Below are positions 55,687 to 64,000 of a stretch of 64,000 nucleotides of DNA, piece by piece. The notes under the pieces were generated by a model. That model saw only the letters and a program-made list of their open reading frames with translations. It was not told the DNA's origin and did no database searches. This DNA comes from Syntrophaceae bacterium UBA6252 (lineage in GTDB: Bacteria; Desulfobacterota; Syntrophia; Syntrophales; UBA6807). The position numbers were made by a program, and so were the translations under genes. Position 1 is the first letter of the stretch; each line of letters starts with the position of its first letter. The stretch spans positions 57,575 through 121,574 of the forward strand of contig DJVQ01000045.1 in NCBI GenBank assembly GCA_002441265.1, read 5' to 3'.

Positions 55687-56314
55687 TCCCTATTTTCCAC
55701 CCCACGTGACCTATACGTGGTTCGTCATGCTGCTTCTTATCGTCCTGGCCTTCCTGATGACGCGGAAGCTGGACATCTATCCCGGGAAGCTCCAGAATGT
55801 CTTCGAAGTCATGATCGAAGGCGTCCGGGGACTGGTGGAAGATTCCATGGGCCATGAAGGGAAGAAGTTCTTCCCCCTCATCGCGACACTTGCCTTTTTC
55901 ATCCTGATCTCCAACCTTCTCGGGGTTTTCCCGGGATTCGAATCTCCCACGGCCAACCTGAACACGACCGTGGCCATGGCCCTGGTGGTCTTTGTCCTCA
56001 CCCACGTCATCGGAATCAAGGTCCATGGGTTCAAGTACATCAAGCAGTTCATGGGCCCGGTCTGGTGGATGACCCCCATCATGCTGCCCATCGAAATCGT
56101 GAGCCACCTGGCACGGCCGCTTTCCCTCTCCGTCCGGCTTTTCGGAAACATCCGGGGGGAGGACCTCGTTCTCGCCATCGTCCTCATGCTCGTGCCCTTC
56201 CTGATGCCGCTTCCGGTCGTCATTCTGATGATTTTCACGTCCATCATCCAAACGCTTGTTTTCATGATGCTTTCCATGATCTACATTTCGCTGGCCATGC
56301 AGGAAGCCCATTAA
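55661..56314 (+). CDS. atpB: F0F1 ATP synthase subunit a
   Basis: [28 protein letters not shown] (essential Arg) and IQTLVF motifs. Confidence 0.95.
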   Translation: MHPLLFLDNPYFPPHVTYTWFVMLLLIVLAFLMTRKLDIYPGKLQNVFEVMIEGVRGLVEDSMGHEGKKFFPLIATLAFFILISNLLGVFPGFESPTANLNTTVAMALVVFVLTHVIGIKVHGFKYIKQFMGPVWWMTPIMLPIEIVSHLARPLSLSVRLFGNIRGEDLVLAIVLMLVPFLMPLPVVILMIFTSIIQTLVFMMLSMIYISLAMQEAH

Positions 56315-56334
56315 AAAACACGCCGGAATTACAG

Positions 56335-56368
56335 AAAAAGGGGTGGTCCCGATACCACCCCTTTTTTT
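56335..56368 (+). terminator. Intrinsic (possibly bidirectional) terminator after atpB
   Basis: AAAAAGGGGTGGT-CCCGAT-ACCACCCCTTTTTTT. Confidence 0.88.
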
Positions 56369-56597
56369 GTTCCCGGAGCGGCGGAAGGAAAAATGTTGAA
56401 GTCCCCCGGAAGGTATGGTAGTTCTCAAACAAAAATGCCGCCGGAAAAACCTTATGTTTCGGAAAGTTCTTTCCGGGATGGGAAGGGCGTCCGGAAGGGA
56501 AGGTGAGGGAAGTTCCTGCCCGGCATCCGCTGCGGGAATCGCCCCGGCGGGATTTCAGGGACATGAAGGCGGATGCGCGTGCGAAACGTCTGAGAGC

Positions 56598-56733
56598 GTG
56601 TTTTCGAACGGCAGGGAAAACGGAGCGGCAGGCAGCGCGCCCGAACCCCGCCGGCTGAGGCGTGCCTGTTCGTGTGCCCCGGAAAGGCGGGAGGCAGGGC
56701 GATGCCGCCTGCGGGTTTTTTACAAAGCCGTCA
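56598..56733 (-). repeat. Inverted copy of dispersed intergenic repeat
   Basis: The reverse complement reads TGACGGCTTTGTAAAAAAC...GTTTTCCCTGCCGTTCGAAAACAC, matching the termini of the 40975 copy. Confidence 0.6.
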
Positions 56734-56739
56734 GGGAGG

Positions 56740-56964
56740 ATGGAATCGGGAATGGAGGATAAGTCGCCGACAGTGGACGGACCGGTTTACGATCTCACCG
56801 AGGTGGTCGAGGAAGGGATCCCGGAGGATCTCGGCGCTCTTCCGCAGGAAGTGATGGATCGTCTTGTGGTGGCCGCGGAACGGGTTGCCAGGGAGATGTT
56901 TCCCGACATCGCCGAGAGGATCGTCCGGGAAGAGATCGCCAGGTTGAAGGAAAACCGGGAATAG
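56740..56964 (+). CDS. Small acidic protein resembling the C-terminal helical segment of PopZ/RomR-like polar proteins
   Basis: VYDLTEVVEE plus AERVAREMFPDIAERIVREEIARLK; start at ATG 56740 or 56752. Confidence 0.55.
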   Translation: MESGMEDKSPTVDGPVYDLTEVVEEGIPEDLGALPQEVMDRLVVAAERVAREMFPDIAERIVREEIARLKENRE

Positions 56965-56994
56965 ACCGGGTTGGCTTGAAAAAGGAGGTCTGTT

Positions 56995-58164
56995 GTGAAG
57001 CGGTGGTTTGTCCTGCCCGTGGCGGGTCTTTTTCTGATCCTGTTCATGGTCCCCCCGGCCGTTTCGGCGGCGGGGGAGGGAAATGTGACGACCATCGACG
57101 CCGAGGGCGTCGGTGCGGTCACGAACAACAACAAGGCCCTGGGAAGGGACAGCGCCATCCGGGACGCCCTGCGGAAGGCCGTGGAGCAGGCCGTGGGCAC
57201 GTTCATTTCCTCCGATACCGTCGTCAAGAATTACGAGGTCCTGAGCGACAGAATCTATTCCAGGTCCCAGGGCTACGTCCAGAATTACTCCATCCTCTAC
57301 GAGGACCTCAGGGACGACCTCTACCACGTGAAAGTCCGGGCCGTCATCTCTCTCGGCGGCATCAAGGATGACCTGCAGGCCCTGGGGCTTCTCATGGCCC
57401 GCATGAACATGCCGAGAATCATGGTCCTCATCGCCGAGCAGAACGTGGGGCAGTCCCACCCGTCCTACTACTGGCAGGGGGCCGATCTGTCCGTCACCGA
57501 GGGCGTGATTCACGAGAAGTTCCTGAAGGACGGGTTCACCTTTGTGGACCGGACGCCCCTCGCGGGGAAGCTCAAGGTCGTCAGGGACAACATCAGCGAT
57601 TCCGAGGCGGCCGGCATGGGGCGGCAGGTGGACGCGGAACTGGTGATCCTGGGCAAGGCTTTCGCCAAGTATGCCTCGAACATCGCCGGTACGGCGATGA
57701 AATCCTTTCAGGCCAACGTGACGGCGAAGGTCGTGCGGGTGGATACGGGAATGGTGATCGCCTCCGCGAGCGGGCACGGCGCGGCGGTTCACATCGACGA
57801 CATCACCGGCGGGACCAACGCCTTCCAGAAAGCGGCCGAGTCCGTCGCCGACAGCCTCAAATCCCAGATCATCGCGAAATGGCAGTCCGAGGTCGGTTCG
57901 ACGACCCTGGTGTCCCTGACGGTCAGGGGGCTGAAAAGCTACTCCGACTTCATCCGGTTGAAGGACGCCCTGAAAACGGAAGCCCGGGGCGTTCAGGAGA
58001 TCTTTCTCAGGAAAATGGAAGGGGGCACGGCGAAAATGGATCTGCAGATCGAGGGAAGCGCCCTTTCCCTGGCCGATGAACTCGCCATGGCGAAGTTCCA
58101 GGGTTTCTCCCTCGATATCACAAACGTGAGTCAGAACAGTCTCGAAGCGAACATGGTGAAATGA
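56995..58164 (+). CDS. Secreted protein with flagellar assembly protein T N-terminal-like domain
   Basis: AGGAGG RBS, GTG start and signal peptide; AIRDALRKAVEQAVG, VKVRAVI and PRIMVLIAEQ motifs. Confidence 0.7.
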   Translation: MKRWFVLPVAGLFLILFMVPPAVSAAGEGNVTTIDAEGVGAVTNNNKALGRDSAIRDALRKAVEQAVGTFISSDTVVKNYEVLSDRIYSRSQGYVQNYSILYEDLRDDLYHVKVRAVISLGGIKDDLQALGLLMARMNMPRIMVLIAEQNVGQSHPSYYWQGADLSVTEGVIHEKFLKDGFTFVDRTPLAGKLKVVRDNISDSEAAGMGRQVDAELVILGKAFAKYASNIAGTAMKSFQANVTAKVVRVDTGMVIASASGHGAAVHIDDITGGTNAFQKAAESVADSLKSQIIAKWQSEVGSTTLVSLTVRGLKSYSDFIRLKDALKTEARGVQEIFLRKMEGGTAKMDLQIEGSALSLADELAMAKFQGFSLDITNVSQNSLEANMVK

Positions 58165-58174
58165 GGAATACGGT

Positions 58175-58831
58175 ATGAGGGCTGCAAGAACGTTTTTCCC
58201 CCTTCTCCTGGCCGTAGCGCTGTCGGTCCTGGCGGGATGCGGCGGGACGAAGGTTGTCAAGGCCCCTGATTTCGGGGACAAGGCAGTGAGGCTCATCGCC
58301 GTCATGCCCTTTCCCTCCGGCGGAACGGACGACGCGGCGGCATGCCCGATCATCCGGGAACTCATTCTGGAGGAACTCTATTTCAAGGGGTATCCGAGAA
58401 TTCCCCTGTCCGTCGTAGACGAGCATTTGAACGGGATCGCCGGAGATGCGGAATCCGCGGACCGGGGGGTCGTCCCCCCGGAGGCCGTCGGATCGCTTCT
58501 CGGGGCGGACGCCGCGCTGTACGGCAGGATCGAAAAGTGGAAGACCTCCTCCCTTCTGTTTTACGCCCCCGTCACCATCCGGATTTCCATGGTCCTCCGG
58601 AGCACCCGAACGGGGGAGGAACTGTGGCAGGGGGATTGCGAGATCGTCCGGAGAACCTGCGGATTTCCCAAAAGCAGCCTGAAAGTGAAGTCGGTGATCG
58701 CCGCCGATGAGGTGATCCGGGAAGTGGTCAGAAAAACCCTTTCCGAAATGCCCGACGGGCCGGACTGCATCGGCGTCGCTTCGCCGAAAAAGGGTTTTTT
58801 CGAGAGATGGTGGCCTTTCGGCTCTTCGTAG
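58175..58831 (+). CDS. Lipoprotein (GNA1162/DUF799-like)
   Basis: LAGC lipobox; IAVMPF, LGADAALYGRI and TGEELW motifs. Confidence 0.7.
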   Translation: MRAARTFFPLLLAVALSVLAGCGGTKVVKAPDFGDKAVRLIAVMPFPSGGTDDAAACPIIRELILEELYFKGYPRIPLSVVDEHLNGIAGDAESADRGVVPPEAVGSLLGADAALYGRIEKWKTSSLLFYAPVTIRISMVLRSTRTGEELWQGDCEIVRRTCGFPKSSLKVKSVIAADEVIREVVRKTLSEMPDGPDCIGVASPKKGFFERWWPFGSS

Positions 58832-58849
58832 TGAAAAGGAGGTCCAAAG

Positions 58850-59623
58850 ATGAAATCCCGAATCGTCCTCGTTCTTGCAGCGTCCTTGTTGTGGCTGTTC
58901 GCAGGCGATGCCGCGGCGAAAAGACCGGTCACGGTGGATCTCCGGGGTGACGAAGCCATGGTTTCCCTGCTGGAGGGAGCCGCCGAGGTCGAGAAGAGCG
59001 GGGAGGCATGCTGGAAGGCCCTTAACGAAGGGGATTTCCTGGGAAAGGGCGATCAGGTGAAAACCGGTCCCGGCGCCAGGATGGAAATACTCCTGAAGGA
59101 CGGAACGGTCCTTCGTTTCGCCGACAAGACCCATCTGAAGCTTGCCGCCCTTCAGATCGTTCCGGACGCCGGGACGAGGGACGTCAAGGTGGATGTGGTT
59201 CTCGGAAGGACCTGGGCCAACGTGAGCAAGACCCTGGGTGTCCGGTCCGGATTCGAAATCTCCTGCGAGAACGCCGTTGCAGGCGCCCGGGGAACGGTTT
59301 ACCGGATGAATGTCTATGAGGACCGGTCGGCCCTCGTCCGTGTCTATGACGGCTCGGTCGCCGTATCGAAACCCGCACAGCCGGTGGGAGTCCCCACCGC
59401 CGTGGGCCCCCCGGGGAAGGTGGAGGGGCCGAAACCCGTTCCCGGTCCCGTGAAGGTGACCATGGAGGAGTGGGTGTACATCGTGAAATCCATGCAGCAG
59501 ATCCGGGTCGCGGCCGACGGCTCGGCGGAGGAACCGAAAAGCTTTACTGTCGAGGAGGACAGAAACGACTGGGTGGACTGGAACAAGGAAAGGGATGCCC
59601 GCCTGAACGAACCCGCCCGGTAG
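58850..59623 (+). CDS. Secreted FecR-domain protein
   Basis: AGGAGG RBS and signal peptide; GDQVKTG, DGTVLRF, AVAGARGT and VYDGSV motifs. Confidence 0.8.
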   Translation: MKSRIVLVLAASLLWLFAGDAAAKRPVTVDLRGDEAMVSLLEGAAEVEKSGEACWKALNEGDFLGKGDQVKTGPGARMEILLKDGTVLRFADKTHLKLAALQIVPDAGTRDVKVDVVLGRTWANVSKTLGVRSGFEISCENAVAGARGTVYRMNVYEDRSALVRVYDGSVAVSKPAQPVGVPTAVGPPGKVEGPKPVPGPVKVTMEEWVYIVKSMQQIRVAADGSAEEPKSFTVEEDRNDWVDWNKERDARLNEPAR

Positions 59624-59629
59624 ACGGAG

Positions 59630-60166
59630 ATGAACATCCCCAATCTTCTCACGCTCCTGCGGATTCTCCTTGTTCCCCTCATCGTGATTCTCCTCATGGA
59701 CGGCGCTTATTTGCCGGCGCTCCTCGTTTTCCTTTTCGCGGGAATCACCGACGGCCTGGACGGATTCCTCGCCCGGCTCCTCGATCAGAAGACCGTTATC
59801 GGCGCGTACCTCGATCCCCTGGCGGACAAGGCCCTCATCGCCAGTTCCTTCGTCACGCTTTCCATCCTCGGACCCATTCCGGGATGGCTCACCGTCCTCG
59901 TCATCACCAGGGATCTCATGATCCTTCTCGGCATTTCGCTTCTCGCGCTTCTTTCCATTCCCTTCGAGATCCACCCGGTTGCGGTGAGCAAGCTTACGAC
60001 GGCCTTTCAGATCTTCACGGTCTTCATGGTGCTCCTGATGAAGAACATCGCCTGGGAATCCCTGACACCCGTCGTGGAGTTTCTTTTCTGGGCGACCGCC
60101 CTTCTGACCGTTCTTTCAGGCCTGTCCTACATTCGGAAAGGGGTCGGGATGTTCAATGCCTCCTGA
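59630..60166 (+). CDS. CDP-alcohol phosphatidyltransferase (PgsA-like)
   Basis: NIPNLLTLLRI and TDGLDGFLAR...GAYLDPLADK signature. Confidence 0.9.
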   Translation: MNIPNLLTLLRILLVPLIVILLMDGAYLPALLVFLFAGITDGLDGFLARLLDQKTVIGAYLDPLADKALIASSFVTLSILGPIPGWLTVLVITRDLMILLGISLLALLSIPFEIHPVAVSKLTTAFQIFTVFMVLLMKNIAWESLTPVVEFLFWATALLTVLSGLSYIRKGVGMFNAS

Positions 60167-60229
60167 ACGACGCCGGCCGGGACAACGGATTTTCCGTGGA
60201 GACGAGGGAAAAAAGTCGGTGATTAACCC

Positions 60230-60258
60230 TTGACAGGAAACGGTTTTGTTGATATTTC
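60230..60258 (+). promoter_or_regulatory. Putative sigma70 promoter for tRNA-Val
   Basis: TTGACA at 60230-60235 with an AT-rich TGATATTT about 17 bp downstream. Confidence 0.45.
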
Positions 60259-60286
60259 TACGCTGTTTTTGAACAGCTTTCCTTGT

Positions 60287-60361
60287 AGGCACGTAGCTCA
60301 GGGGGAGAGCGCCATCCTGACGCGGTGGATGTCCAGGGTTCAAATCCCTGCGTGCCTACCA
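60287..60361 (+). tRNA. tRNA-Val(GAC)
   Basis: Acceptor AGGCACG/CGTGCCT-ACCA, D arm GCTC/GAGC, anticodon arm CCATC-CTGACGC-GGTGG, T arm CAGGG-TTCAAAT-CCCTG; CCA encoded. Confidence 0.95.
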
Positions 60362-60373
60362 TTTGCTGACTTG

Positions 60374-60409
60374 GGGCATCGCGAATTTTTTCGAGGATGC
60401 CCTTTCTTT
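60374..60409 (+). terminator. Terminator-like hairpin after the tRNA
   Basis: GGGCATC-GCGAATTTTTTCGAG-GATGCCC followed by TTTCTTT. Confidence 0.55.
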
Positions 60410-60584
60410 AATCACGGGTGTGGATCGGAAACCGCCGAAAAACGAACCCGTTGAAGCCGGACGGGTCGACCATGGACTCATTCCCGAGAGATCTGTTTTA
60501 ACCATCCTCCGGAAAGCGGAATGACCAGGACAAAGGACGGCGGTTCCTCGGGAGTGCTTTATTGGAAAGGCGCAGGTTAAAACC

Positions 60585-62501
60585 ATGAAACAGGTGCGGA
60601 TCCAGTTGCCTGACGGCGGAAAAGCGGATTTCCCCTCGGGGATGTCCGCAAGGGAGATCCTCGCGGCCGCGGGTTGGAAGGACCTCGAGAACGCGGTGGC
60701 GGCCAGGGTGAACGGAAACCTGGTGGATCTGGCCCGGCCGGTCACGGAGGACGGGAACGTCGAGCCCGTGGCTGCGAACTCGAAAGAGGGCCTCGCCATT
60801 CTCCGCCACAGCACATCCCATGTCATGGCCCAGGCCGTCCAGGACCTCTTCCCGGGGGTCAAGGTGGCCATAGGACCCTCCATCGAGGACGGCTTCTACT
60901 ACGATTTCGAATACAGCGACACCTTCACCACGGAAGACCTGTCCCGGATCGAGGGCCGGATGGAAGAGATTATCTCCCGTGACGATTCTTTCGAAAGAAG
61001 GGAGATTTCGCGGGACGAGGCGATCCGCTTCTTCCGGGACCGGGGGGAGACGTACAAGGTGGAGCTTCTCGAGGATCTTCCCGGAGATGTCGCTGCGGTG
61101 AGCCTGTACAGCCAGGGGGGATATGTCGACCTCTGCCGGGGGCCCCACGTGCCCTCCACCGGAACCATCCGGGCCTTCAAACTTCTCAACGTCGCCGGCG
61201 CCTACTGGAGAGGGGACGAGAAGAACGCCATGCTCCAGAGGATCTACGGGACGGGATTCGGGACCAGGGAGGAACTCGGGGATTACCTGACCGCCATGGA
61301 AGAGGCGAAAAAGAGGGACCACCGGCGGCTCGGGAGGGAGCTCGACCTTTTTCAGCTCAACGACGAGGTCGGTCCCGGCCTCATCATCTTTCATCCCAAG
61401 GGGGCCCTTCTCAGGACCATCATCGAGGACTGGGAGAGAAAGGAGCACCTGAAACGGGGCTACGATATCGTCCAGGGTCCCCAGATCCTCAAGGGAGATC
61501 TCTGGAAGCGGTCCGGCCACTTCGATCATTACCGTGAAAACATGTATTTCACCGAGGTGGACAAGGAGATCTACGGCATCAAGCCCATGAACTGCATCGC
61601 CCACATGCTGATCTACAAGTCGAAGATCCGGAGCTACCGGGACCTGCCCCTCCGGTATTTCGAACTGGGGACCGTTCACCGCCACGAGAAAACGGGGGTG
61701 CTTCACGGCCTTCTCCGGGCGCGCCAGTTCACCCAGGATGATGCCCACATCCTGTGCACGCCGGAACAGCTGAACGATGAAATCAAGGCGATCACCGGAT
61801 TCGTGGACGACGCCATGAAGGTTTTCCACTTCGAGTACGAGGTGGAGCTGAGCACGCGGCCCGCCAAGTCCATCGGGACGGACGAAGATTGGGAAATGGC
61901 CACGAACGCCCTCGAACAGTCTCTCAAGGACCGCGGGATGGCCTACGAGATCAACGCCGGCGACGGGGCCTTCTACGGTCCCAAGATCGATTTCAAACTG
62001 AAGGACGCCCTGAAGCGGAAGTGGCAGTGCGCCACCATTCAGTGCGACTTCACGCTGCCCGAACGGTTCGACCTCACCTATGTCGGCGCCGACGGGGAGC
62101 GGCACCGGCCCGTGATGCTCCACAGGGTGATCCTCGGGGCCATCGAACGGTTCATGGGGGTGCTCATCGAACATTACGGGGGCGCGCTGCCCCTGTGGCT
62201 GTCCCCCGTTCAGGCGAGAATCATGACCGTGACGGACCGGCACATCCCTTACGGTCAGGAGGTTCTCCGGTCCCTGCTCGAGGCCGGCGTCCGCGCCGAG
62301 GGGGATTTCCGGAACGAAAAGCTCGGGTACAAGATCCGGGAGGGCCAGAACCAGAAGATTCCCTTCATGCTGGTCGTCGGAGACCGGGAGATGGAGTCGA
62401 AGACCGTGTCGCCCAGGCAGCGGGACGGTGAAAATCTCGGCGCCATGGATGTTGCCGGTTTCGCCGGTCTTGTGCGGGAGCGGTGCGAACGGAACGAATA
62501 A
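60585..62501 (+). CDS. thrS: Threonine--tRNA ligase
   Basis: TGS domain; RHSTSH, DLCRGPH, RDHRRLG, KPMNC, FTQDDAH, GAFYGPK and QCDF motifs. Confidence 0.98.
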   Translation: MKQVRIQLPDGGKADFPSGMSAREILAAAGWKDLENAVAARVNGNLVDLARPVTEDGNVEPVAANSKEGLAILRHSTSHVMAQAVQDLFPGVKVAIGPSIEDGFYYDFEYSDTFTTEDLSRIEGRMEEIISRDDSFERREISRDEAIRFFRDRGETYKVELLEDLPGDVAAVSLYSQGGYVDLCRGPHVPSTGTIRAFKLLNVAGAYWRGDEKNAMLQRIYGTGFGTREELGDYLTAMEEAKKRDHRRLGRELDLFQLNDEVGPGLIIFHPKGALLRTIIEDWERKEHLKRGYDIVQGPQILKGDLWKRSGHFDHYRENMYFTEVDKEIYGIKPMNCIAHMLIYKSKIRSYRDLPLRYFELGTVHRHEKTGVLHGLLRARQFTQDDAHILCTPEQLNDEIKAITGFVDDAMKVFHFEYEVELSTRPAKSIGTDEDWEMATNALEQSLKDRGMAYEINAGDGAFYGPKIDFKLKDALKRKWQCATIQCDFTLPERFDLTYVGADGERHRPVMLHRVILGAIERFMGVLIEHYGGALPLWLSPVQARIMTVTDRHIPYGQEVLRSLLEAGVRAEGDFRNEKLGYKIREGQNQKIPFMLVVGDREMESKTVSPRQRDGENLGAMDVAGFAGLVRERCERNE

Positions 62502-62612
62502 CGGGCGGCCTGGCCCTGTCCCCGGCGAAGGCGGGGTTCGGGCCGGGAAGACGCCTTGCCCCGGCGGTTTCCGGGGTTGACCATAGATTTTCTGGATCAG
62601 GGGAGGTGGAAC

Positions 62613-63125
62613 ATAGCTAAGGATTATCGTGTAAACGATGAAATCAAGGCCCAGACCGTCCGGGTCATCGGCGCGGAAGGAGGCCAGTTGGGGATCCTGC
62701 CCCTGTCCATGGCTCTGGCGGAGGCGGAGAAAGCGGGGTCCGACCTGGTGGAGGTGGCTCCCGATTCCTCGCCGCCGGTCTGCCGGATCATGGATTACGG
62801 CAAGTACCGGTATCAGCAGAGCAAAAAAGTCCACACCGCCAGAAAGACCCAGGTGACGGTCCAGTTGAAGGAAATCCGTCTTCGGCCGAAGACGGAAGCC
62901 CATGACCTGGAAACGAAGATGAAACACATTCTCCGCTTCCTGGGTCAGAGCAGCAAGGTGAAGGTCAACATGCTTTTCCGGGGGCGCGAAATCGTTTATG
63001 CCGACCTTGGGAGAAAACTCATGGAGCAGATCAAGCAGAGGATCGAAGAGGTCGGACAGGTTGAACAGGAACCGAAGCTGGAAGGGCGCTACATGACCAT
63101 GGTGCTTGCGCCGAAGAAGAACTGA
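62613..63125 (+). CDS. infC: Translation initiation factor IF-3 (non-canonical ATA start)
   Basis: GGAGGT RBS then in-frame ATA 62613; [25 protein letters not shown] and FRGRE motifs. Confidence 0.95.
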   Translation: MAKDYRVNDEIKAQTVRVIGAEGGQLGILPLSMALAEAEKAGSDLVEVAPDSSPPVCRIMDYGKYRYQQSKKVHTARKTQVTVQLKEIRLRPKTEAHDLETKMKHILRFLGQSSKVKVNMLFRGREIVYADLGRKLMEQIKQRIEEVGQVEQEPKLEGRYMTMVLAPKKN

Positions 63126-63186
63126 GGCGGCGCCGCCGGACCGGGGACAGCCCGGATGTGAAGAAACGGAAAAAAGAGGTGAGTTC

Positions 63187-63387
63187 ATGCCGAAAGTGAA
63201 AACCCATCGCGGAGCGGCAAAACGCTTCAGCTTGACGGGCAAAGGCAAGGTGAAGAGGAGCAAGGCTTACGCCAGTCATATCCTGACGAAGAAGACGACG
63301 AAAAGAAAGAGGAATCTTCGGAAGAACACGGTCTTGCACAAGAGGGACGAAAAGGGGATCAAACGTCTGATTCCTTACGCCGGCTGA
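63187..63387 (+). CDS. rpmI: 50S ribosomal protein L35
   Basis: [23 protein letters not shown]...HILTKK. Confidence 0.97.
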   Translation: MPKVKTHRGAAKRFSLTGKGKVKRSKAYASHILTKKTTKRKRNLRKNTVLHKRDEKGIKRLIPYAG

Positions 63388-63462
63388 CGTTTCGGCGGGC
63401 CGGCGCCGGAGGTTTCCCCGGGATTGAAAACGACCGCAGGGTCCTGAGGAGTTATTGAAGCC

Positions 63463-63810
63463 ATGCCAAGGGTAAAACGCAGCGTCAACGCGAAGAAGAA
63501 AAGAAGAAAGATTCTGAAGCTGGCCAAGGGATTTTTCGGTGCCAGAAAGCGCATTTACACGCTTGCCACGGAATCGGTGGAAAAGGCCTTGAAATACGCG
63601 TACAGGGACCGGAAGACGAAAAAGAGGAATTTCCGCCGATTGTGGATCGCCCGGATCAACGCCGCCGTGCGGATGGAAGGTCTGACGTACAGCCAGTTCA
63701 TGGACCGCATCAAGAAAGCGGGCATCGTCCTGGACCGGAAAGTTCTCGCCGACCTGGCGGTGCACGAGCCGAAGCATTTTTCCGAAATCGTTTCCCTCGC
63801 CAGGAACTGA
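63463..63810 (+). CDS. rplT: 50S ribosomal protein L20
   Basis: [25 protein letters not shown] and [10 protein letters not shown] motifs. Confidence 0.98.
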   Translation: MPRVKRSVNAKKKRRKILKLAKGFFGARKRIYTLATESVEKALKYAYRDRKTKKRNFRRLWIARINAAVRMEGLTYSQFMDRIKKAGIVLDRKVLADLAVHEPKHFSEIVSLARN

Positions 63811-63837
63811 CGACCCAAGGACATCAAAGGGCCGAAC

Positions 63838-64000
63838 ATGAGAGACAAGCTCGAGAAGCTGCGGGAAGCGGCTCTTGGGGAATTGAACGGCGCGGCGTCG
63901 GCGGAGGAGGTTCAGGCGGTCCGGACCCGCTATCTGGGAAGGAAGGGCCTTCTTACGGAAGTTCTCCGCAACCTGAAGGACGTTCCCCTGGAAGAGCGGC
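63838..64000 (+). CDS. pheS: Phenylalanine--tRNA ligase alpha subunit (3'-truncated by window edge)
   Basis: MRDKLEKLREAALGEL...VRTRYLGRKGLLT...LKDVPLEER is the PheS N-terminal coiled coil; conserved position after rplT. Confidence 0.9.
   Translation, partial: MRDKLEKLREAALGELNGAASAEEVQAVRTRYLGRKGLLTEVLRNLKDVPLEER

Noticed and set aside
60410..60584. T-box riboswitch upstream of thrS
   Set aside because: No GGTGGNACCGCG T-box sequence or terminator/antiterminator pair seen.
60498..63263. 921-aa minus-strand ORF, and similar long antisense ORFs (7088-9361, 43967-45922, 52968-54719, 58118-59974)
   Set aside because: They mirror well-supported + strand genes; high GC3 suppresses antisense stop codons; no recognisable motifs.
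1..64000. CRISPR array, integrase, transposase or prophage genes
   Set aside because: No regularly spaced identical repeats with spacers and no recombinase/transposase motifs seen; no duplicated tRNA 3' end noticed within the window.

Overview
High-GC bacterial chromosome segment. Gene content and order (split atpZ-atpI-atpB, tRNA-Val(GAC)-thrS-infC-rpmI-rplT-pheS) suggest a deltaproteobacterium/Desulfobacterota; this is inference. All credible genes are on the + strand. Positions 1 to ~54.9 kb form one very large cell-surface glycosylation island: two Gmd paralogues, two TMTC-like GT-C/TPR membrane proteins, other GT-C-like membrane proteins, both Wzm/Wzt and Wzx exporters, two different initiating phosphoglycosyl transferases, about ten GT2/GT4 enzymes, seven methyltransferase-type proteins, acyltransferases and a sulfatase-like transferase. 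Embedded in it are secreted proteins that share an unnamed ~108-aa domain: a 24-Cys S-layer-like protein with its own promoter and terminator, a transglutaminase-elicitor-like protein, and a PKD/K319-repeat protein. The top finding concerns the last gene. Its real start (33199, strong RBS, signal peptide) is separated from the rest of the ORF by one in-frame TGA that forms a U-x-x-C motif just after the predicted cleavage site and is followed by a bacterial-SECIS-like hairpin. It is therefore a candidate secreted surface selenoprotein that the ORF track truncated. The rest (55-64 kb) is housekeeping and envelope genes. All family assignments come from motif recognition by eye; no database searches were run.
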